Shown here: positions 58,601-64,000 of the stretch, in pieces
How positions within the stretch are numbered: position 1 is the first letter of the stretch
Layout: each line of letters starts with the position of its first letter
The notes under the pieces: generated by a model
What the model saw: the letters and a program-made list of their open reading frames with translations, nothing else
What the model was told of the DNA's origin: nothing
Databases searched by the model: none
Made by a program: the position numbers and the translations under genes
Source of the DNA: the human T2T-CHM13v2.0 reference genome, Homo sapiens
DNA length: 64,000 nucleotides
Strand: one strand, 5' to 3'
Assembly (NCBI RefSeq): GCF_009914755.1
Contig: NC_060925.1

Positions 58601-61600
58601 TGAATGGAATTGAATGGAATCATCGAATGGTCTCGATTGGAATCATTATCAAATGGAATCGAATGGAATCACCGAATAGAATCGAATGGAACAATCATCG
58701 AATGGACTCAAATGGAATTATCCTCCAATGGAATCGAATGGAATTATCGAATGCAATCGAATGGAATTATCGAATGCAATCGAATAGAATCATCGAATGG
58801 ACTCGAATGGAATCATCGAATGGAATGGAATGGAACAGTCAATGAACTCGAATGGAATCATCATTGAATGGAATCGAATGGAATCATCGAGTGGAATCGA
58901 ATGGAATTATGATCAAATGGAATCGAATGTAATCATCATCAAATGGAATCAAAAATAACCATCATCAATTGGTATTGAATGGAATTGTCATCAAATGGAA
59001 TTCAAAGGAATCATCATCAAATGGAACCGAATGGAATCCTCATTGAATGGAAATGAAAGGGGTCATCATCTAATGGAATCGCATGGAATCATCATCAAAT
59101 GGAATCGAATGGAATCATCATCAAATGGAATCTAATGGAATCATTGAACAGAATTGAATGGAATCGTCATCGAATGAATTGAATGCAATCATCGAATGGT
59201 CTCGAATGGAATCATCTTCTAATGGAAAGGAATGGAATCATCGCATAGAATCGAATGGAATTATCATCGAATGGAATCGAATGGTATCAACACCAAACGG
59301 AAAAAAACGGAATTATCGAATGGAATCGAAGAGAATCTTCGAACGGACCCGAATGGAATCATCTAAAGGAATGGAATGGAATAATCCATGGACTCGAATG
59401 CAATCATCATCGAATGGAATCGAATGGAATCATCGAATGGACTCGAATGGAATAATCATTGAACGGAATCGAATGGAATCATCATCGGATGGAAATGAAT
59501 GGAATCATCATCGAATGGAAATGAAAGGAGTCATCATCTAATGGAATTGCATGGAATCATCATAAAATGGAATCGAATGGAATCAACCTCAAATGGAATC
59601 AAATGGAATCATTGAACGGAATTGAATGGAATCGTCATCGAATGAATTGACTGCAATCATCGAATGGTCTCGAATGGAATCATCTTCAAATGGAATGGAA
59701 TGGAATCATCGCATAGAATCGAATGGAATTATCATCGAATGGAATCGAATGGAATCAACATCAAACGGAAAAAAACGGAATTATCAAATGGAATCGAAGA
59801 GAATCATCGAATGGACCCGAATGGAATCATCTAATGGAATGGAATGGAATAATCCATGGACTCGAATGCAATCATCATCGAATGGAATCGAATGGAATCA
59901 TCGAATGGACTCGAATGGAATAATCATTGAACGGAATCGAATGGAATCATCATCGGATGGAAATGAATGGAATCATCATCGAATGGAATCGAATAGAATT
60001 ATGGAATGAAATCCAGTGTGATCATCATCGAATGGACCCGAATGGAATCATCATCCAACGGAAGCTAATGGAATCAACATCGAATGAATCGAATGGAAAC
60101 ACCATCGAATTGAAACGAATGAAATTATCATGAAATTGAAATGGATGGACTCATCATCGAATGGATTCGAATGGAATCATCGAATAAAATTGATTGAAAT
60201 CATCATCCAATGGAATCGAATGGTATCATTGAATGGAATCGAATGGAATCATCATCAGATGGAAATGAATGGAATCGTCATAGAATGGAATCGAATGGAT
60301 TCATTGAATGGAATCAGATGGAATCATCGAATGGACTGGAATGGAATCATTGAATGGACTCGAAAGGGATCATGATTGAATGGAATTGAATGGAATCATC
60401 GAATGGTCTCGATTGGAATCATTATCAAATGGAATCGAATGGAATCACCGAATAGAATCGAATGGAACAATCATCGAATGGACTCAAATGGAATTATCCT
60501 CAAGTGGAATCGAATGGAATTATCGAATGCAATCGAATGGAATTATCGAATGCAATCGAATAGAATCATCGAATGGACTCGAATGGAATCATCGAATGGA
60601 ATGGAATGGAACAGTCAATGAACTCGAATGGAATCATCATTGAATGGAATCGAATGGAATCATCGAGTGGAATCGAATGGAATTATGATCAAATGGAATC
60701 GAATGTAATCATCATCAAATGGAATCAAAAATAACCATCATCAATTGGTATTGAATGGAATTGTCATCAAATGGAATTCAAAGGAATCATCATCAAATGG
60801 AACCGAATGGAATCCTCATTGAATGGAAATGAAAGGGGTCATCATCTAATGGAATCGCATGGAATCATCATCAAATGGAATCGAATGGAATCATCATCAA
60901 ATGGAATCTAATGGAATCATTGAACAGAATTGAATGGAATCGTCATCGAATGAATTGAATGCAATCATCGAATGGTCTCGAATGGAATCATCTTCTAATG
61001 GAAAGGAATGGAATCATCGCATAGAATCGAATGGAATTATCATCGAATGGAATCGAATGGTATCAACACCAAACGGAAAAAAACGGAATTATCGAATGGA
61101 ATCGAAGAGAATCTTCGAACGGACCCGAATGGAATCATCTAATGGAATGGAATGGAATAATCCATGGACTCGAATGCAATCATCATCGAATGGAATGGAA
61201 TGGAATCATCGAAAGGACTCGAATGGAATAATCATTGAACGGAATCGAATGGAATCATCATCGGATGGAAACGAATGGAATCATCATCGAATGGAAATGA
61301 AAGGAGTCATCATCTAATGGAATTGCATGGAATCATCATAAAATGGAATCGAATGGAATCAACATCAAATGGAATCAAATGGAATCATTGAACGGAATTG
61401 AATGGAATCGTCATCGAATGAATTGACTGCAATCATCGAATGGTCTCGAATGGAATCATCTTCAAATGGAATGGAATGGAATCATCGCATAGAATCGAAT
61501 GGAATTATCATCGAATGGAATCGAATGGAATCAACATCAAACGGAAAAAAACAGAATTATCGTAAGGAATCGAAGAGAATCATCGAATGGACCCGAATGG

Positions 61601-64000
61601 AATCATCTAATGGAATGGAATGGAATAATCCATGGACTCGAATGCAATCATCATCGAATGGAATCGAATGGAATCATCGAATGGACTCGAATGGAATAAT
61701 CATTGAACGGAATCGAATGGAATCATCATCGGATGGAAATGAATGGAATCATCATCGAATGGAATCGAATAGAATTATGGAATGAAATCCAGTGTGATCA
61801 TCATCGAATGGACCCGAATGGAATCATGATCCAACGGAAGCTAATGGAATCAACATCGAATGAATCGAATGGAAACACCATCGAATTGAAACGAATGGAA
61901 TTATCATGAAATTGAAATGGATGGACTCATCATCGAATGGATTCGAATGGAATCATCGAATAAAATTGATTGAAATCATCATCGAATGAAATCGAATGGT
62001 ATCATTGAATGGAATCGAATGGAATCATCATCAGATGGAAATGAATGGAATCGACATAGAATGGAATCGAATGGATTCATTGAATGGAATCAGATGGAAT
62101 CATCGAATGGACTGGAATGGAATCATTGAATGGACTCGAAAGGGATCATGATTGAATGGAATTGAATGGAATCATCGAATGGTCTCGATTGGAATCATTA
62201 TCAAATGGAATCGAATGGAATCACCGAATAGAATCGAATGGAACAATCATCGAATGGACTCAAATGGAATTATCCTCAAATGGAATCGAATGGAATTATC
62301 GAATGCAATCGAATGGAATTATCGAATGCAATCGAATAGAATCATCGAATGGACTCGAATGGAATCATCGAATGGAATGGAATGGAACAGTCAATGAACT
62401 CGAATGGAATCATCATTGAATGGAATCGAATGGAATCATCGAGTGGAATCGAATGGAATTATGATCAAATGGAATCGAATGTAATCATCATCAAATGGAA
62501 TCAAAAATAACCATCATCAATTGGTATTGAATGGAATTGTCATCAAATGGAATTCAAAGGAATCATCATCAAATGGAACCGAATGGAATCCTCATTGAAT
62601 GGAAATGAAAGGGGTCATCATCTAATGGAATCGCATGGAATCATCATCAAATGGAATCGAATGGAATCATCATCAAATGGAATCTAATGGAATCATTGAA
62701 CAGAATTGAATGGAATCGTCATCGAATGAATTGAATGCAATCATCGAATGGTCTCGAATGGAATCATCTTCTAATGGAAAGGAATGGAATCATCGCATAG
62801 AATCGAATGGAATTATCATCGAATGGAATCGAATGGTATCAACACCAAACGGAAAAAAACGGAATTATCGAATGGAATCGAAGAGAATCTTCGAACGGAC
62901 CCGAATGGAATCATCTAATGGAATGGAATGGAATAATCCATGGACTCGAATGCAATCATCATCGAATGGAATCGAATGGAATCATCGAATGGACTCGAAT
63001 GGAATAATCATTGAACGGAATCGAATGGAATCATCATCGGATGGAAATGAATGGAATCATCATCGAATGGAAATGAAAGGAGTCATCATCTAATGGAATT
63101 GCATGGAATCATCATAAAATGGAATCGAATGGAATCAACCTCAAATGGAATCAAATGGAATCATTGAACGGAATTGAATGGAATCGTCATCGAATGAATT
63201 GACTGCAATCATCGAATGGTCTCGAATGGAATCATCTTCAAATGGAATGGAATGGAATCATCGCATAGAATCGAATGGAATTATCATCGAATGGAATCGA
63301 ATGGAATCAACATCAAACGGAAAAAAACGGAATTATCGAATGGAATCGAAGAGAATCATCGAATGGACCCGAATGGAATCATCTAATGGAATGGAATGGA
63401 ATAATCCATGGACTCGAATGCAATCATCATCGAATGGAATCGAATGGAATCATCGAATGGACTCGAATGGAATAATCATTGAACGGAATCGAATGGAATC
63501 ATCATCGGATGGAAATGAATGGAATCATCATCGAATGGAATCGAATAGAATTATGGAATGAAATCCAGTGTGATCATCATCGAATGGACCCGAATGGAAT
63601 CATCATCCAACGGAAGCTAATGGAATCAACATCGAATGAATCGAATGGAAACACCATCGAATTGAAACGAATGGAATTATCATGAAATTGAAATGGATGG
63701 ACTCATCATCGAATGGATTCGAATGGAATCATCGAATAAAATTGATTGAAATCATCATCCAATGGAATCGAATGGTATCATTGAATGGAATCGAATGGAA
63801 TCATCATCAGATGGAAATGAATGGAATCGTCATAGAATGGAATCGAATGGATTCATTGAATGGAATCAGATGGAATCATCGAATGGACTGGAATGGAATC
63901 ATTGAATGGACTCGAAAGGGATCATGATTGAATGGAATTGAATGGAATCATCGAATGGTCTCGATTGGAATCATTATCAAATGGAATCGAATGGAATCAC

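Larger units (their letters stand above)
1..64000 (+). repeat. Human satellite II (HSat2/HSATII) tandem array, 1776-bp unit, probably chr1q12 pericentromeric (D1Z1/pUC1.77-like, HSat2A-type)
   Basis: The entire window is GAATG/GAATC pentamer-derived sequence with the abundant CATC and TCGAAT (reverse strand CATTCGATTC) motifs typical of HSat2 rather than pure (GGAAT)n HSat3. Landmarks recur every 1776 bp (e.g. 5716, 7492, 9268, 11044, 12820; 55606, 57382, 59158, 60934, 62710), with one GAATTC per unit. A 1.77-kb EcoRI periodicity is the established signature of chr1 satellite II. The family call is near-certain; the chromosome is inferred. Confidence 0.96.

Noticed and set aside
137-63927. 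Numerous 60-178 aa plus-strand ORFs (MESSSNEL..., MKLKWMD..., MELNGII...) repeated every 1776 bp
   Set aside because: They are low-complexity translations of GGAAT-derived repeats (MEWN/GIIE/ESSSNG). They overlap in several frames, are freely broken by stops in some copies (e.g. ~6225, 25798, 29283, 46552), and show no recognisable domain. They are an artefact of an ATG-rich strand.
1-64000. CRISPR-like or other prokaryotic repeat-spacer system
   Set aside because: There are no unique spacers, no invariant direct repeat and no cas-like or any other real genes. The intervening sequence is itself diverged satellite.
1-64000. HSat3 (e.g. DYZ1, chr9) or alpha satellite identity
   Set aside because: Perfect GGAAT runs are only about 3 copies long and TCGAAT/CATCATC dominate, as in HSat2. 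I saw no 171-bp monomer and no CENP-B box. The 3552-bp dimer only coincidentally resembles the ~3.6-kb DYZ1 period.
1-64000. Strand inversion or inserted mobile element (Alu/L1/ERV)
   Set aside because: I saw no CATTC-strand segment, poly-A tail, target-site duplication or non-satellite sequence. All landmark spacings are explained by satellite units.

Overview
The whole 64 kb window is one uninterrupted, single-orientation tandem array of human-type classical satellite II (HSat2/HSATII), shown on the GGAAT-rich strand. It is built from diverged (GGAAT)n-derived ~23/26-bp monomers such as GAATGGAATCGAATGGAATCATCATC. The monomers form a 1776-bp unit with one EcoRI site per unit, which matches the known 1.77-kb HSat2 unit of chromosome 1q12 pericentromeric heterochromatin (D1Z1/pUC1.77-like); the chromosome assignment is an inference. 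Each 1776-bp unit contains a tandem 468-bp duplicated subunit (A then B). I found no credible protein-coding gene, RNA gene, transposon insertion, inversion or CRISPR array, and all listed ORFs are translations of the repeat. I see no evidence of a novel gene-based system. The interesting content is the array architecture: (i) variant units of 595, 670, 1285, 1308, 1331, 1766, 1773 and 2391 bp; (ii) a three-copy higher-order block ending in a 1331-bp marker unit, at spacings of 11984 and 6659 bp; (iii) a mosaic (recombinant) middle copy of that block; (iv) a 3552-bp alternating dimer; (v) long-range duplications; (vi) a foreign, more diverged 615-bp HSat2 block; (vii) about two DUX4-consensus motifs per unit. 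Unit boundaries were read by eye using the recurring ORF starts as landmarks, and no alignment was computed.
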